Positions 19,457 to 30,269 of a DNA stretch of 64,000 nucleotides are shown one piece after another. Under the pieces are notes generated by a model. That model had not been told where the DNA came from. It saw nothing but the letters and a program-made list of their open reading frames with translations, and ran no database searches. Every line of letters begins with the position of its first letter. Positions within the stretch are counted from its first letter, which is position 1. The stretch spans positions 942-64,941 of the forward strand of contig JAXFTN010000131.1 in assembly GCA_034176765.1 (NCBI GenBank), read 5' to 3'. Origin of the DNA: Bacilli bacterium. Its GTDB lineage: Bacteria; Bacillota_I; Bacilli_A; RFN20; CAG-826. A program made the translations under genes and the position numbers.

Positions 19457-20893
19457 ATGAATATAGTTATGTCATGTAGTGAAGCTACTCCTCTAGCTAA
19501 AACCGGAGGACTAGCTGATGTAGTTCATGCTTTATCAGCTGAACTAGTAAAATTAAATCATAAGGTATATATTATAATGCCTTATTATCAATCGATTAGA
19601 AATAAATCTGAAGCTAATATAAGACCAATTGCAAAATACAAAGTTGATTTAGCTTGGAGAAAACAAGAATGTGAAGTTTACGAAACAATAATTAATGGAA
19701 TTACTTATATTCTTATTGGCAATGTTCAATATTTTAATAGACAAAATCTATATGGTTATGATGATGATAATGAAAGATTTGCTTTTTTAAGTTTGGCAAC
19801 AAGAAAAGTTATTGAAGAATTAGATTTAAAACCTGATATTATTCATTGTCATGATTGGCATGTTGGTATGTTACCTGTTTTAATAAAGGAACAAAATGCT
19901 AATGATATAAGATTTAAAAACGTTAGATTTGTTTTAACAATTCATAACCCAGCATTTAAGGGAATGTTTGATCCTTATTTCTTGGGTGATTATTATGGAT
20001 TAAGTGATGAATTATATTCAACAGGTAAGGTTCGTTATAATGGAGCTGTGTCTTCGTTAAAAGCTGCTATTATGTATTGCGATAAAATTACTACTGTTAG
20101 TCCAACTCATGCTGAGGAACTTTTATCTCCAGACTCAGGACATGATTTAAATACCGTTTTGGAATTAAGACGTTTAGATTTTTGTGGTATCCTAAATGGT
20201 ATCGATTATAGTGAATTTGATCCAGAAAAAGATGATAAAATATATCGCAATTTTAAAGAAAGAACATTAACTATAGGTAAAAGATTTAATAAATCAAAAC
20301 TTTTAGAAGAAATGCACTTAGATCAAAATTCAAAGCCATTGTATGGCATGGTATCTCGTCTTACTTGGCAAAAAGGATCCGAACTTGTTGTTGCTGCTGC
20401 TGAAAAAATTCTTCAATCAGGTTGTTCACTTATTATTTTAGGAAGTGGTGAATATAATTTTGAGCAAGAACTTGAAAGATTAAGAGCCAAATATCCTAAT
20501 CAGATGGGTATTTACATTGGTTATAATGATGTGCTTGCTCATAAGATCTATGCTGCTTGTGATATATTCTTAATGCCATCTTTATTTGAACCATGTGGCA
20601 TTAGCCAGATGATTGCTTTACGATATGGTGCTATTCCTCTAGTACGTATGACAGGTGGTTTAAACGATACAGTTATTCCATATGTTCAAGATAATAGAAA
20701 TATTGCTACAGGTTTTGGATTTTATGCTTATGAAAAGGAAGCAATCTGTAATACAGTAAGTTGGGCTAATTATTGTTTTGAAAATGAAGCATTATTTAAA
20801 AAATTACGTAAAAATGCAATTCAATGTAATAACGATTGGTCAAAATCTGCTAATGAATATTTAAATATTTATAAAGAAGCAATGAATAAATAA
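19457..20893 (+). CDS. glgA: Glycogen synthase (ADP-glucose type)
   Basis: N-terminal SEATPLAKTGGLADVV is the GlgA KTGGL motif. Length is 478 aa. Confidence 0.9.
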   Translation: MNIVMSCSEATPLAKTGGLADVVHALSAELVKLNHKVYIIMPYYQSIRNKSEANIRPIAKYKVDLAWRKQECEVYETIINGITYILIGNVQYFNRQNLYGYDDDNERFAFLSLATRKVIEELDLKPDIIHCHDWHVGMLPVLIKEQNANDIRFKNVRFVLTIHNPAFKGMFDPYFLGDYYGLSDELYSTGKVRYNGAVSSLKAAIMYCDKITTVSPTHAEELLSPDSGHDLNTVLELRRLDFCGILNGIDYSEFDPEKDDKIYRNFKERTLTIGKRFNKSKLLEEMHLDQNSKPLYGMVSRLTWQKGSELVVAAAEKILQSGCSLIILGSGEYNFEQELERLRAKYPNQMGIYIGYNDVLAHKIYAACDIFLMPSLFEPCGISQMIALRYGAIPLVRMTGGLNDTVIPYVQDNRNIATGFGFYAYEKEAICNTVSWANYCFENEALFKKLRKNAIQCNNDWSKSANEYLNIYKEAMNK

Positions 20894-20934
20894 TAATTAA
20901 TTTGATTCTTTCATATCATTTTAAGAGGATTGAT

Positions 20935-21936
20935 ATGAAAGAATATAAAATTGCTATTATTGGTGGCCATGGGCTAGTTGCTATTACTCTTTTAAAATTA
21001 TTATGTAACTCCTTTTATAAAGATAGTGATATTACACTTTTTGGTACAAAAAATAGTGAAGTTACTATTGGTGAAAGGAGTTTTAATATTGTTAGAATTG
21101 ATGAAGACTCTATTGAACATTATGATGTAGTATTTATGTGTTGTAGTAATGAAATAAGTGAAAAATACACCCCAATATTTATAAAACATGGAACTAAAGT
21201 TATTGATAATTCAAGTTTGTATAGACTAGAAAAGGATGTACCATTAGCAATTTGTGAAGTAAATCCATACGATTTATTAATGAATTCAAATGTTTTTTGT
21301 AATCCTAATTGTGTTGTTATAATGCTTGCTTTAGCTTTAAAGCCTCTTTATGATGCTTATAAAATTGAAAAAATAATTACATCTACATATCAATCCGTTT
21401 CTGGAGCTGGAAAAGAAGCATTAAACCAATTGGCTAAAGAAAATATTGGTCTTGATTGTGATAAGGTTTTACCAAATTCTAAGTCAATTAAGAAGAATAT
21501 ATACAATAACATAATACCTGTTGTGGATGAAATAGATTTTGAAACTAGTTATTCAAAAGAAGAGATTAAAATAATAAAAGAGATTAAAAAGATTTTTCAT
21601 GATGATACAATTGATATCATTGCAACTTGTGTTAGAATACCAACACGTATCGGTCATGGAGCTTCGGTATATGTAACATTTAAAAATAAAGTAGATATAA
21701 AATATGTTGAAAAATTATTTATGGAAAATGCATATATTAAATATTTTAAAGACTTGGATTATCCGACTTTTGATGATGTGAAAAATACAACAAAAATTGG
21801 AATTGGTAGATTAAGAAAAGATCCTAATTGTGATTATTCGCTAGCCTTTTTTGTAACTAGTGACAATTTAATAAGAGGTGCTGCGTACAATTCTTTATCA
21901 ATATTTTACAAATTAATAGAGTTTAAAATTATATGA
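20935..21936 (+). CDS. asd: Aspartate-semialdehyde dehydrogenase
   Basis: N-terminal Rossmann motif IAIIGGHGLV. Active-site CNPNCVVI and the QSVSGAGKEA motif are present. RBS AAGAGGA is present. Confidence 0.8.
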   Translation: MKEYKIAIIGGHGLVAITLLKLLCNSFYKDSDITLFGTKNSEVTIGERSFNIVRIDEDSIEHYDVVFMCCSNEISEKYTPIFIKHGTKVIDNSSLYRLEKDVPLAICEVNPYDLLMNSNVFCNPNCVVIMLALALKPLYDAYKIEKIITSTYQSVSGAGKEALNQLAKENIGLDCDKVLPNSKSIKKNIYNNIIPVVDEIDFETSYSKEEIKIIKEIKKIFHDDTIDIIATCVRIPTRIGHGASVYVTFKNKVDIKYVEKLFMENAYIKYFKDLDYPTFDDVKNTTKIGIGRLRKDPNCDYSLAFFVTSDNLIRGAAYNSLSIFYKLIEFKII

Positions 21937-22628
21937 TAATTACAAAACTTTCAATAAATAATAATGTGTTTTTATATGTCGAATCTAAATATAAAAATAA
22001 AATTAATCCCAAACTAATTTGCTCAAATTATTTAGATACATCAAGTGATGGAATTTTCTTCTATAAAAAAGATAAGAAAAATACTATTCAAGTTGAACTA
22101 TTTAATAAAGATGGTTCAAAAGCAAGTTTTTGTGGAAATGGGTTAATTGGCTTATCTTATTTATTATTAGATAATAGTCAGCAATCTAATGTTGTTTTCA
22201 ATCATATAAAATATTTAATTTATAAAGAAAAAAATCAGAATTTTTTAAAAATCCCTAACTTAATTTATTTTAAAGAAATCGATTATAAACTTTATTTAAT
22301 AAATGTTGGTAATACACACTTATTGAGAATAGTCGATAAGTTTTCATCTAACTATTTTAAAAATGATATTAATAATTATCCAAATTGTAATATTTCTCAA
22401 ATTATTATCAAAGATAAATTTAAAATCAAAACTTACGAAAGAGGAGTGGGATATACATCATGCTGTGGTAGTGCGGCAATAAGTTTTTATTATTTATTAA
22501 AATATTTAAATTTTAATATGACTAAATATGACATTATATCTCGTGGAGGTAAAACTACAATTCTTATGAAGGAGGATATGATGTTCTTAACTGGTCGAGT
22601 TAAAAAAATTAATAATTATGAGAGTTAA
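21933..22628 (+). CDS. dapF: Diaminopimelate epimerase (short variant)
   Basis: Both catalytic-Cys motifs are present: NKDGSKASFCGNGLIGL and GYTSCCGSAAISF. It is shorter than typical DapF (231 aa). Confidence 0.6.
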   Translation: MIITKLSINNNVFLYVESKYKNKINPKLICSNYLDTSSDGIFFYKKDKKNTIQVELFNKDGSKASFCGNGLIGLSYLLLDNSQQSNVVFNHIKYLIYKEKNQNFLKIPNLIYFKEIDYKLYLINVGNTHLLRIVDKFSSNYFKNDINNYPNCNISQIIIKDKFKIKTYERGVGYTSCCGSAAISFYYLLKYLNFNMTKYDIISRGGKTTILMKEDMMFLTGRVKKINNYES

Positions 22629-23778
22629 AAAGAAAAATGATATAACCAAAAACAGATTTCAAGAGATTCATGATTTAAAAGCGCAATATAAAGGTAAATT
22701 ACCTTTAATTGATATGGGTATTGGCGAAGATAAAACAATGCCTGATAATAAAATAATTAATACACTAATAGAAAGTCTTAAATTTACTTCGACTCATAAA
22801 TATGCTGATAATGGATTAGATTTATTAAAAAGCGAAGGTGTTAGATATCTAAAAGAACATTTCTACATAAATAAAAATGTATCTAATATCGCAATAACAA
22901 TGGGAACTAAACAAGCATTATCAATACTTGTGTTTTTATTGTGCAAACACAAAGACACAATAATTACAACAAAACCAGGATATGTTGTATTTGCAAATGT
23001 CAGTCGATTATTAGATGTGAATGTTTACGAGTTGCCTTTAAAAAAAGAAAATAATTTTTTACCAGATTTAGAGAGTATACCAAAATCAATATTAAAGAAA
23101 ACAAAAGTTTTTCAAATTAATTATCCTAATAATCCTACAGGTGCTGTTGCAACAAAAGAATTTTATTGTAGGCTTATTGAATTAGCAAAACAATATGGAT
23201 TTTATATTATTAATGATGCAGCATATTTAGATTTATCTTTTAAAAAACCATTATCTATTTTCTCAATTGAAACAGATTATTATAAGATTATTGAATTATA
23301 TACATTATCAAAGTCACATAATATGACAGGTTATAGAATTGGTTTATTAGTAAGTAATGAAATAATTGCAAGGAAATATGAAAGATTTAAAGATAATTTT
23401 GATTCTGGTCAATTCTTAGGTATTCAATATGCAGCTATCGAGGCTCTTAGTAATTATTCTATTTCTAGAGACTTAAGGATTAAGTATCACAATAGAGCTA
23501 AAAGGATTTATGCCATATTTAAAAAATATGGTTTTGAATTAAATGAACCAGAAGGAACATTTTTCCTTTATGTTAAAGCAATTAATGGATTTTCTTCATT
23601 TGAAATGGCATCAATGCTTTTAAATGATTATGGTATAGTCTCAATACCATACAATGATGCTTCTTCTTATCTTCGTTTTTCATTAACATATGAAACAGAA
23701 AATGAAGAAGGATTTTATGAAGAATTTGAAAAAAGAATTTCTTTATTTGCACAAAAAAAGTTAAGAGGTGTCTCTTAA
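22618..23778 (+). CDS. Class I/II PLP-dependent aminotransferase (candidate LL-diaminopimelate aminotransferase)
   Basis: NYPNNPTGAV and the SKSHNMTGYRIG PLP-lysine motif are present. Clustered with asd and dapF. Confidence 0.65.
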   Translation: MRVKKKNDITKNRFQEIHDLKAQYKGKLPLIDMGIGEDKTMPDNKIINTLIESLKFTSTHKYADNGLDLLKSEGVRYLKEHFYINKNVSNIAITMGTKQALSILVFLLCKHKDTIITTKPGYVVFANVSRLLDVNVYELPLKKENNFLPDLESIPKSILKKTKVFQINYPNNPTGAVATKEFYCRLIELAKQYGFYIINDAAYLDLSFKKPLSIFSIETDYYKIIELYTLSKSHNMTGYRIGLLVSNEIIARKYERFKDNFDSGQFLGIQYAAIEALSNYSISRDLRIKYHNRAKRIYAIFKKYGFELNEPEGTFFLYVKAINGFSSFEMASMLLNDYGIVSIPYNDASSYLRFSLTYETENEEGFYEEFEKRISLFAQKKLRGVS

Positions 23779-23798
23779 CTTTTAAAGTACTAATTTAC

Positions 23799-24269
23799 TT
23801 AGATTATATAAGCACGAGCAATGATAACTCTTTCTAATGGTCTATCATTTGCACCTGTTCTTGTAGACGCAATTTTATCAACGACTTCAATTCCATCTAC
23901 AACATGACCAAAAGCTGCGTATGATCCATCTAGATATGGAGCATCTTTATGCATTATGAAAAATTGTGAACCTGCTGAATTTGGATCACTAGCTCTTGCC
24001 ATAGATAAAGTTCCACGTGTATGTTTAATAGGGTTATCAACACCATTAGCTTTAAATTCACCTTTAATAGTATAACCAGGGCCACCAGTACCAGTACCGT
24101 TTGGGCATCCGCCTTGAATCATAAATCCTTTGATAACTCTATGGAATGTTAAACCATCATAAAATCCTTTTTTTACTAAATCTTCAAAATTTTTAGATGA
24201 AATAGGTGCATTATCATAATCTAATTCTAGAGTAATATCTCCATAACCTGGAATTTCTAACTTAATCAT
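23799..24269 (-). CDS. ppiB: Peptidyl-prolyl cis-trans isomerase, cyclophilin type
   Basis: FHRVIKGFMIQGGCP and GTGGPGY motifs are present. Confidence 0.9.
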   Translation of the reverse strand: MIKLEIPGYGDITLELDYDNAPISSKNFEDLVKKGFYDGLTFHRVIKGFMIQGGCPNGTGTGGPGYTIKGEFKANGVDNPIKHTRGTLSMARASDPNSAGSQFFIMHKDAPYLDGSYAAFGHVVDGIEVVDKIASTRTGANDRPLERVIIARAYII

Positions 24270-24322
24270 TATTCTTCCTCCTACTTATAATTATAGAAAG
24301 AATAAGAAATAAAGAAAAGTAA

Positions 24323-24547
24323 TTATTTTTTTAAATAATAATAATTACCTTCACGAGAATATATAATTTCAGCAGGTATGTAATGATTTGCATAAAATGC
24401 TCTAAGTTCGCTAATGTAACGATGAAATGTTTGTTTAGTAATGCCACATTCGGAACAGAAGTACTCAAGTACGACTTTTTCTCCTTCAAAGAATAAATCG
24501 TATAAATAAAGCAATGTCTGCGATTTATTCGACTTCATTTTCTTCAC
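24323..24547 (-). CDS. Small hypothetical protein (possible HTH)
   Basis: 74 aa. ITKQTFHRYISEL is helix-turn-helix-like. RBS GAGGTGAAGA is present. Confidence 0.3.
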   Translation of the reverse strand: MKKMKSNKSQTLLYLYDLFFEGEKVVLEYFCSECGITKQTFHRYISELRAFYANHYIPAEIIYSREGNYYYLKK

Positions 24548-24689
24548 CTCTTTTCTATCATAGAACTTAACATTATCAAAATTTGATAGTGTGATATTTT
24601 TTTTGTAACAATTAGTAAATAAATTAAAGTTTCTATTTGTTATTGACTTTATATTTTGATTTTGATTTAATAATTTTGATAAAAGTAGT

Positions 24690-24875
24690 AGTAATTACTT
24701 ATTAAGATTGTAGAGAGTTAGTGGTTGGTGAAAACTAATATTTTAAAGTAATGAACTCGACTTTGTGTAAAGTATCCGTTAATCTGCGTTAAAGATATTA
24801 ATGAGTGCACGAATCGTGAATTAAGGTGGTACCGCGCTTAAAGGCGTCCTTATGTTTTAAGGGCTTTTTTTATTT
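24690..24875 (+). promoter_or_regulatory. T-box leader (Leu-specific) controlling leuS
   Basis: Stem-I elements (AGAGAG, GTGGTTGGTG) are present. A CUC specifier sits in GAACTCGA. Conserved T-box sequence AATTAAGGTGGTACCGCG is at 24819-24837. It is followed by terminator GCGCTTAAAGGCGTCC...GGGCTTTTTTT. Confidence 0.7.
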
Positions 24876-24890
24876 TAAGGAGGAATATAT

Positions 24891-27284
24891 ATGGCCTACG
24901 ATTATTATAAAATTGAGAGAAAATGGCAAAAATATTGGGAAGATAACAATGTTTATTATTGTGATGTTTATGATTTCTCTAAAAAACCTTTTTATTCATT
25001 AGATATGTTTCCTTATCCATCGGGTGCTGGTTTACATGTTGGTCATCCTGAAGGCTATACTGCTAGTGATATTGTTTGCCGTAAAAAAAGAATGGAAGGA
25101 TATAATGTATTGCATCCAATGGGTTGGGATGCTTTTGGTCTTCCAGCAGAGCAATATGCATTAAAAACAGGTAACCATCCAGGAGAATTTACAAAACAAA
25201 ATATTGCAACTTTTAAAAAGCAAATTAAGATGTTAGGTTTTTCAATAGACTGGTCTAAAGAAATTTCTACAGCAGATCCTGAGTACTACAAATGGACACA
25301 ATGGATTTTTAAAAAGATGGTTGAAGATGGCTTAGCAAAACACGTTGATATGCCAGTCAACTGGTGTGAAGAATTAGGAACTGTTTTAGCAAATGATGAG
25401 ATTATTGACGGAAAATCTGAAAGAGGAGGTTATCCTGTTGTAAGAAAGAATATGAAACAATGGGTTATTGAAATACCTCGATACGCTGATAGATTGCTTG
25501 AAGGACTAGATAACATAGAATGGCCAGAATCTACTAAAGAAATTCAACGTAACTGGATTGGAAAATCTGTCGGCGCTAATATTACTTTTAAAGTAGCTGG
25601 AACAGATTACTCTTTTGAGGTATTTACAACTCGATGTGATACTTTGTTCGGTGCTACTTATGCTGTTTTAGCTCCTGAACATTCACTTGTTGATTCTATT
25701 ACAACAAAAGAACAACTTGATGAAGTTAAGCGTTATAAAGAACTATGTGCTAGAAAATCAGATTTAGAAAGAACTGAATTAAATAAAGATAAAACAGGCG
25801 TATTTACAGGTGCATATGCTATAAACCCAGTAAATGGAAAACAGATTCCTATATGGATTGGTGATTATGTTTTAGCAAATTATGGAACAGGCGCTGTTAT
25901 GGCTTGCCCTGCTCACGATCAAAGGGATTATGAATTTGCAAAAAAATATGGCTTGAATATTATACCTGTTTTAGAAGGTGGAGATATTACTAAAGAAGCT
26001 TTTGAAGGTGATGGACCTCATATTAATTCTTCTTTTATGGATGGATTAAATATTGACCAAGCTAAAAATAAAATGTTTGAATTCTTGGAAAACAATAATT
26101 GTGGTTCAAGAAAATCAAATTATAAATTACGTAACTGGATTTTTGCTCGTCAACGTTATTGGGGTGAACCAATCCCAGTAGTTCATTATGAAGATCATGA
26201 TGAATTATTAAGCGATGATGAACTTCCACTTGTTTTACCTGAGCTTGACCAATATAAGCCAAAAATTAATGGACAAGCACCTCTTGAAAACGCAACTGAA
26301 TGGGTAAATTATAAAGGTGGCAAAAGAGAAACCACAACTATGCCAGGTAGTGCAGCTTCATCATGGTATTTTATTAGATATTTAGATCCTCATAATGATA
26401 AAGAAATTGCTGATAAAAAATTAATGGAACATTGGTTACCTGTTAATTTATATATTGGTGGAGCAGAACATGCTGTCGGACATTTACTATATTCTCGTTT
26501 CTATACAAAATATTTACATGATAAAGGAATAGTACCTGTTGATGAACCTTTCAAAAGATTATTCCATCAAGGTATGATTCTTGGTGAAAACGGTGAAAAG
26601 ATGTCTAAATCAAAAGGAAATGTCGTAAATCCTGATGAGATTTGTAATCAATATGGTGCAGATGCATTGAGGCTATATGAAATGTTTATGGGACCACTTG
26701 AAGCATCTTTACCTTGGTCGACAGGTGGCTTAGAGGGAGCAAAACGCTTTTTAGATCGAGTTTATCGTATATTTAGTGATGAACAATTCTTAAAGAAGTT
26801 CACAAATAACAATGATGGTGCTTTAGATTATGCTTATAACGCTTGTGTTAAGAAAGTTAGTGAAGATTTTGAAGCCCTTGGATTTAATACTGCTATTTCT
26901 GCAATGATGATTTTTATTAATGAAGTTTATAAAGCTAACACACTTTATGTTCCTTACTTGGAAGGCTTTGTAAAAATGTTATTCTGTGTATGTCCTCATA
27001 TTGGTGAAGAACTTTGGGAAATGTTAGGCCATAAAGACATTATTGATTTTGAACCATGGCCAACATATGATGAGTCTAAACTTGTTAAAAATTCTGTTGA
27101 GATTGGTGTTCAAGTTAATGGCAAATTAAGAGGAACAATTGAAATAAATATTAATGACTCAGAAGATAAAGTTAAAGAAATAGCTTTGTCTAATGAAAAT
27201 GTTAAGAAATTTATTGATGGACACGATATTAAAAAAATAATTGTTGTAAAGAATAAAATTGTAAATATTGTTATTGCTATGTAA
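24891..27284 (+). CDS. leuS: Leucyl-tRNA synthetase
   Basis: HVGHPEGY (HIGH) and KMSKSKGN (KMSKS) motifs are present. Length is 797 aa. Confidence 0.95.
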   Translation: MAYDYYKIERKWQKYWEDNNVYYCDVYDFSKKPFYSLDMFPYPSGAGLHVGHPEGYTASDIVCRKKRMEGYNVLHPMGWDAFGLPAEQYALKTGNHPGEFTKQNIATFKKQIKMLGFSIDWSKEISTADPEYYKWTQWIFKKMVEDGLAKHVDMPVNWCEELGTVLANDEIIDGKSERGGYPVVRKNMKQWVIEIPRYADRLLEGLDNIEWPESTKEIQRNWIGKSVGANITFKVAGTDYSFEVFTTRCDTLFGATYAVLAPEHSLVDSITTKEQLDEVKRYKELCARKSDLERTELNKDKTGVFTGAYAINPVNGKQIPIWIGDYVLANYGTGAVMACPAHDQRDYEFAKKYGLNIIPVLEGGDITKEAFEGDGPHINSSFMDGLNIDQAKNKMFEFLENNNCGSRKSNYKLRNWIFARQRYWGEPIPVVHYEDHDELLSDDELPLVLPELDQYKPKINGQAPLENATEWVNYKGGKRETTTMPGSAASSWYFIRYLDPHNDKEIADKKLMEHWLPVNLYIGGAEHAVGHLLYSRFYTKYLHDKGIVPVDEPFKRLFHQGMILGENGEKMSKSKGNVVNPDEICNQYGADALRLYEMFMGPLEASLPWSTGGLEGAKRFLDRVYRIFSDEQFLKKFTNNNDGALDYAYNACVKKVSEDFEALGFNTAISAMMIFINEVYKANTLYVPYLEGFVKMLFCVCPHIGEELWEMLGHKDIIDFEPWPTYDESKLVKNSVEIGVQVNGKLRGTIEININDSEDKVKEIALSNENVKKFIDGHDIKKIIVVKNKIVNIVIAM

Positions 27285-27295
27285 AAATAAAAATT

Positions 27296-27322
27296 AGTGC
27301 ATTGTAAAATGCACTTTTTTCT
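27296..27322 (+). terminator. Rho-independent terminator after leuS
   Basis: Hairpin AGTGCATTGTAAAATGCACT followed by a T6 run. Confidence 0.7.
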
Positions 27323-27563
27323 ACAAAAAAAGATAATTATTTATGTTTATATGTAATAGGGATTATTTATGATAAATGTATGTTTGTTTAATGAAGATAA
27401 CATCGATGAATTACAAGACAAAATTAATTATTTTTTAAAGTATCTAGAAGAAATAAATCTTATTGATATTAAATATCAAACAAATTTTTATATTGGACAA
27501 AATAACCAATATGTCTATTCTTATAGCGCTTTAATTATTTATCGCGTTATGGTAAAATAACAA

Positions 27564-28061
27564 ATGGTGAAAATTATGAAAAAATTTTGTTTGTTATTAA
27601 GTTCATTGTTACTTATATCTTGTGGAGAAAAGTCCCAATATGATTATGAATTATTTCAAAACGTTACTAATTATATGGTTAGTCCGAGTTTTGTTTATCA
27701 AGATTATAATAATGAATTATTTGATATTAAAGGGACATATAAAGAAGAAAATAATAAATTCTTGATTACGTTAGAGCTTTATAATCCTTTAAATGATTAT
27801 GAAAATATTAGATTAGTGGCAATGTCATATGAGATGAATGATATAAATTCTAATGAATATGCATGTATGGGTTTTAAAAATGAAAATCCCATTAATTTTA
27901 CATTAGAAAATAATGGTTTTAAAGGAAATAGAGATAAACTATCTTTATATTGGTATAGTAGTGAAGATGAATTAAGTTATGTAAAAATTTATTTTTCATA
28001 TTTAAAAGATGATACAAGACATGGTTATTATATTAGAGAGTCATTAAATAAAGAAATTTAG
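27564..28061 (+). CDS. Hypothetical lipoprotein
   Basis: Signal peptide with lipobox LLISCG. No catalytic motifs. Confidence 0.5.
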   Translation: MVKIMKKFCLLLSSLLLISCGEKSQYDYELFQNVTNYMVSPSFVYQDYNNELFDIKGTYKEENNKFLITLELYNPLNDYENIRLVAMSYEMNDINSNEYACMGFKNENPINFTLENNGFKGNRDKLSLYWYSSEDELSYVKIYFSYLKDDTRHGYYIRESLNKEI

Positions 28062-28076
28062 TAGGAGTATATTATT

Positions 28077-30230
28077 ATGGAAATTTCAAAAATTATTGCT
28101 GAAGAATTATCTATTAAAGAAGAACAAGTAAATGCTGTTATTACTTTAATAGATGAAGGAAATACAATTCCTTTTATTGCACGTTATCGTAAAGAAGTAC
28201 ATGGATCTTTAGATGATGAAACATTAAGAAAACTTGATACACGTTTACAATATTTAAGAAATATGGAAGAACGTATGCAAACTATTCTTAAATCAATAGA
28301 AGAGCAAGGTTTATTAACTGATGATATAAAAACTAGTGTTTTAAATGCTAAAACAATGACTGAATTAGAAGATATCTATCGTCCTTTTAAACCTAAAAAG
28401 AAAACAAAAGCAGGTATTGCAAAAGAAAAAGGATTGCAACCTTTAGCTGATTATATTTTGGCTCAAAAAGAAGATAAACCTTTAATGGAATACGCTGCTA
28501 CTTTTATTTCTGAAGAGAAGAAAGTTGCTTCTGCCCAAGAAGCAATTGAAGGTGCTTTAGATATTATTTCTGATGCTATTTCAGATGAAGTTAAGTATCG
28601 TAATTTTGCGCGTAAAATTTTTAAACAATTTGGTAAGGTCGTTACAAAAGAAAATATCCGAGATGAAAAAGGTATTTTTGATATGTATAAAGATTATAGT
28701 GAAGGACTTGCTAATATTGCTAACCATCGTATTTTAGCAATTAATCGAGGAGAAAAATTAAAAGCATTAAAAGTAACTTATGAGTTACCTGATGATGAAA
28801 TTATTAATTATATAAAGAAACATGTTATTAAATTGAATTCACCTTTTGAATCTTTATTATGTGATGCTATTGATGATAGTTATAAGCGTTTAATTCTTCC
28901 TTCAGTTGAAACAGAGATTTGCAATGAATTAACTGAAAGAGCAGAAGATGCTTCAATCTTAGTTTTCAAGGCTAATTTGCATCAACTTTTACTAGTTGCA
29001 CCTATTAAAAATAAAGTGGTTTTAGGATTTGACCCTGGTTATGCACATGGTTGTAAAATTGCTGTTGTTGATGCATATGGTAAAGTTTTAGATACAAATG
29101 TAGTTTATCCAACTCCACCTCGTAATCAAATTGATCGAGCTAAAGAAATAGTTTCTACATTAATTAAAAAACATAATGTTAATTTAATAGCTATAGGAAA
29201 TGGTACCGCAAGTAGAGAATCTCAATCATTTATTGCTTCTTTAATTGAAGAATTACCTGAACCATATAAAAGTGAATGTAAATTTACTGTAGTTTCAGAA
29301 GCTGGTGCATCTGTTTATAGTGCTACAAAATTAGCTGCAAAAGAATTCCCAGATTACGATGTCAATCTAAGAAGTGCTGTTTCTATTGCACGTCGTATTC
29401 AAGATCCACTTGCTGAACTTGTAAAAATACCACCAGAAGCAATTGGAGTAGGGCAATATCAACATGATATGAATCAAAAGAAATTAAATACTGTTTTGGG
29501 TGGTGTTGTTGAAGACTGTGTTAATATGGTTGGTGTTGATGTCAACTCAGCATCTCCATCTTTACTAGAATATGTTTCTGGAATTAGTTCAACTATTGCT
29601 GAAAATATTGTTAAATATAGAGAAGAGAAAGGCCCTTTTAAAACTCGTTCAGATTTATTAAATGTTAATAAATTAGGACCAAAAGCATATGAACAATGTG
29701 CAGGTTTCTTAAGAATTACTAATGGTGATGCTTTAGAAAACACAGGCGTTCATCCAGAAAGTTATGATGCTACTATTAAACTTTTAAAAGAACTTGGTTT
29801 AACTACTAAAGATTTAAATACAGAAAAATGTGTATCATTATTAAATGGTATTGAAAACACAAGTGAACTTGCTAAGAAATTAGGTATCGGTGAACCAACA
29901 TTAGTTGATATTATAGAAGAACTTAAAAAACCAGGTCGTGACCCACGTGATGAAGCTCAATCTGCTTCATTAAGACAAGATGTTTTAGAAATAAAAGATC
30001 TAAAAGAGGGCATGATACTAGAAGGTACTGTAAGAAATATTATGGACTTTGGAGTATTTGTTGATATAGGTGTTCATCATGATGGATTTATACATATATC
30101 TAAATTATCTAATAAGTTTGTAAAACATCCACTTGATATTGTAAAACTTAATGATATTGTAAAAGTTAAAGTAATCGGTGTTGATGTTGAAAAGGAACGT
30201 ATTTCTTTATCATTAAAAGATGTTGAATAA
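28077..30230 (+). CDS. tex: Transcription accessory protein Tex (YqgF/HhH/S1 domains)
   Basis: N-terminus IAEELSIKEEQVNAVITLIDEGNTIPFIARYRKE. C-terminal S1 domain GTVRNIMDFGVFVDIG. Confidence 0.9.
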   Translation: MEISKIIAEELSIKEEQVNAVITLIDEGNTIPFIARYRKEVHGSLDDETLRKLDTRLQYLRNMEERMQTILKSIEEQGLLTDDIKTSVLNAKTMTELEDIYRPFKPKKKTKAGIAKEKGLQPLADYILAQKEDKPLMEYAATFISEEKKVASAQEAIEGALDIISDAISDEVKYRNFARKIFKQFGKVVTKENIRDEKGIFDMYKDYSEGLANIANHRILAINRGEKLKALKVTYELPDDEIINYIKKHVIKLNSPFESLLCDAIDDSYKRLILPSVETEICNELTERAEDASILVFKANLHQLLLVAPIKNKVVLGFDPGYAHGCKIAVVDAYGKVLDTNVVYPTPPRNQIDRAKEIVSTLIKKHNVNLIAIGNGTASRESQSFIASLIEELPEPYKSECKFTVVSEAGASVYSATKLAAKEFPDYDVNLRSAVSIARRIQDPLAELVKIPPEAIGVGQYQHDMNQKKLNTVLGGVVEDCVNMVGVDVNSASPSLLEYVSGISSTIAENIVKYREEKGPFKTRSDLLNVNKLGPKAYEQCAGFLRITNGDALENTGVHPESYDATIKLLKELGLTTKDLNTEKCVSLLNGIENTSELAKKLGIGEPTLVDIIEELKKPGRDPRDEAQSASLRQDVLEIKDLKEGMILEGTVRNIMDFGVFVDIGVHHDGFIHISKLSNKFVKHPLDIVKLNDIVKVKVIGVDVEKERISLSLKDVE

Positions 30231-30269
30231 TTAAGATTTATATTATGTAAAGAAAGAAGGTGAGCGTAG

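Noticed and set aside
27369-27560. 63-aa ORF between leuS and the lipoprotein gene.
   Set aside because: No RBS worth the name, N/I/Y-rich low-complexity sequence, and no motif. Left unannotated as probably non-coding.
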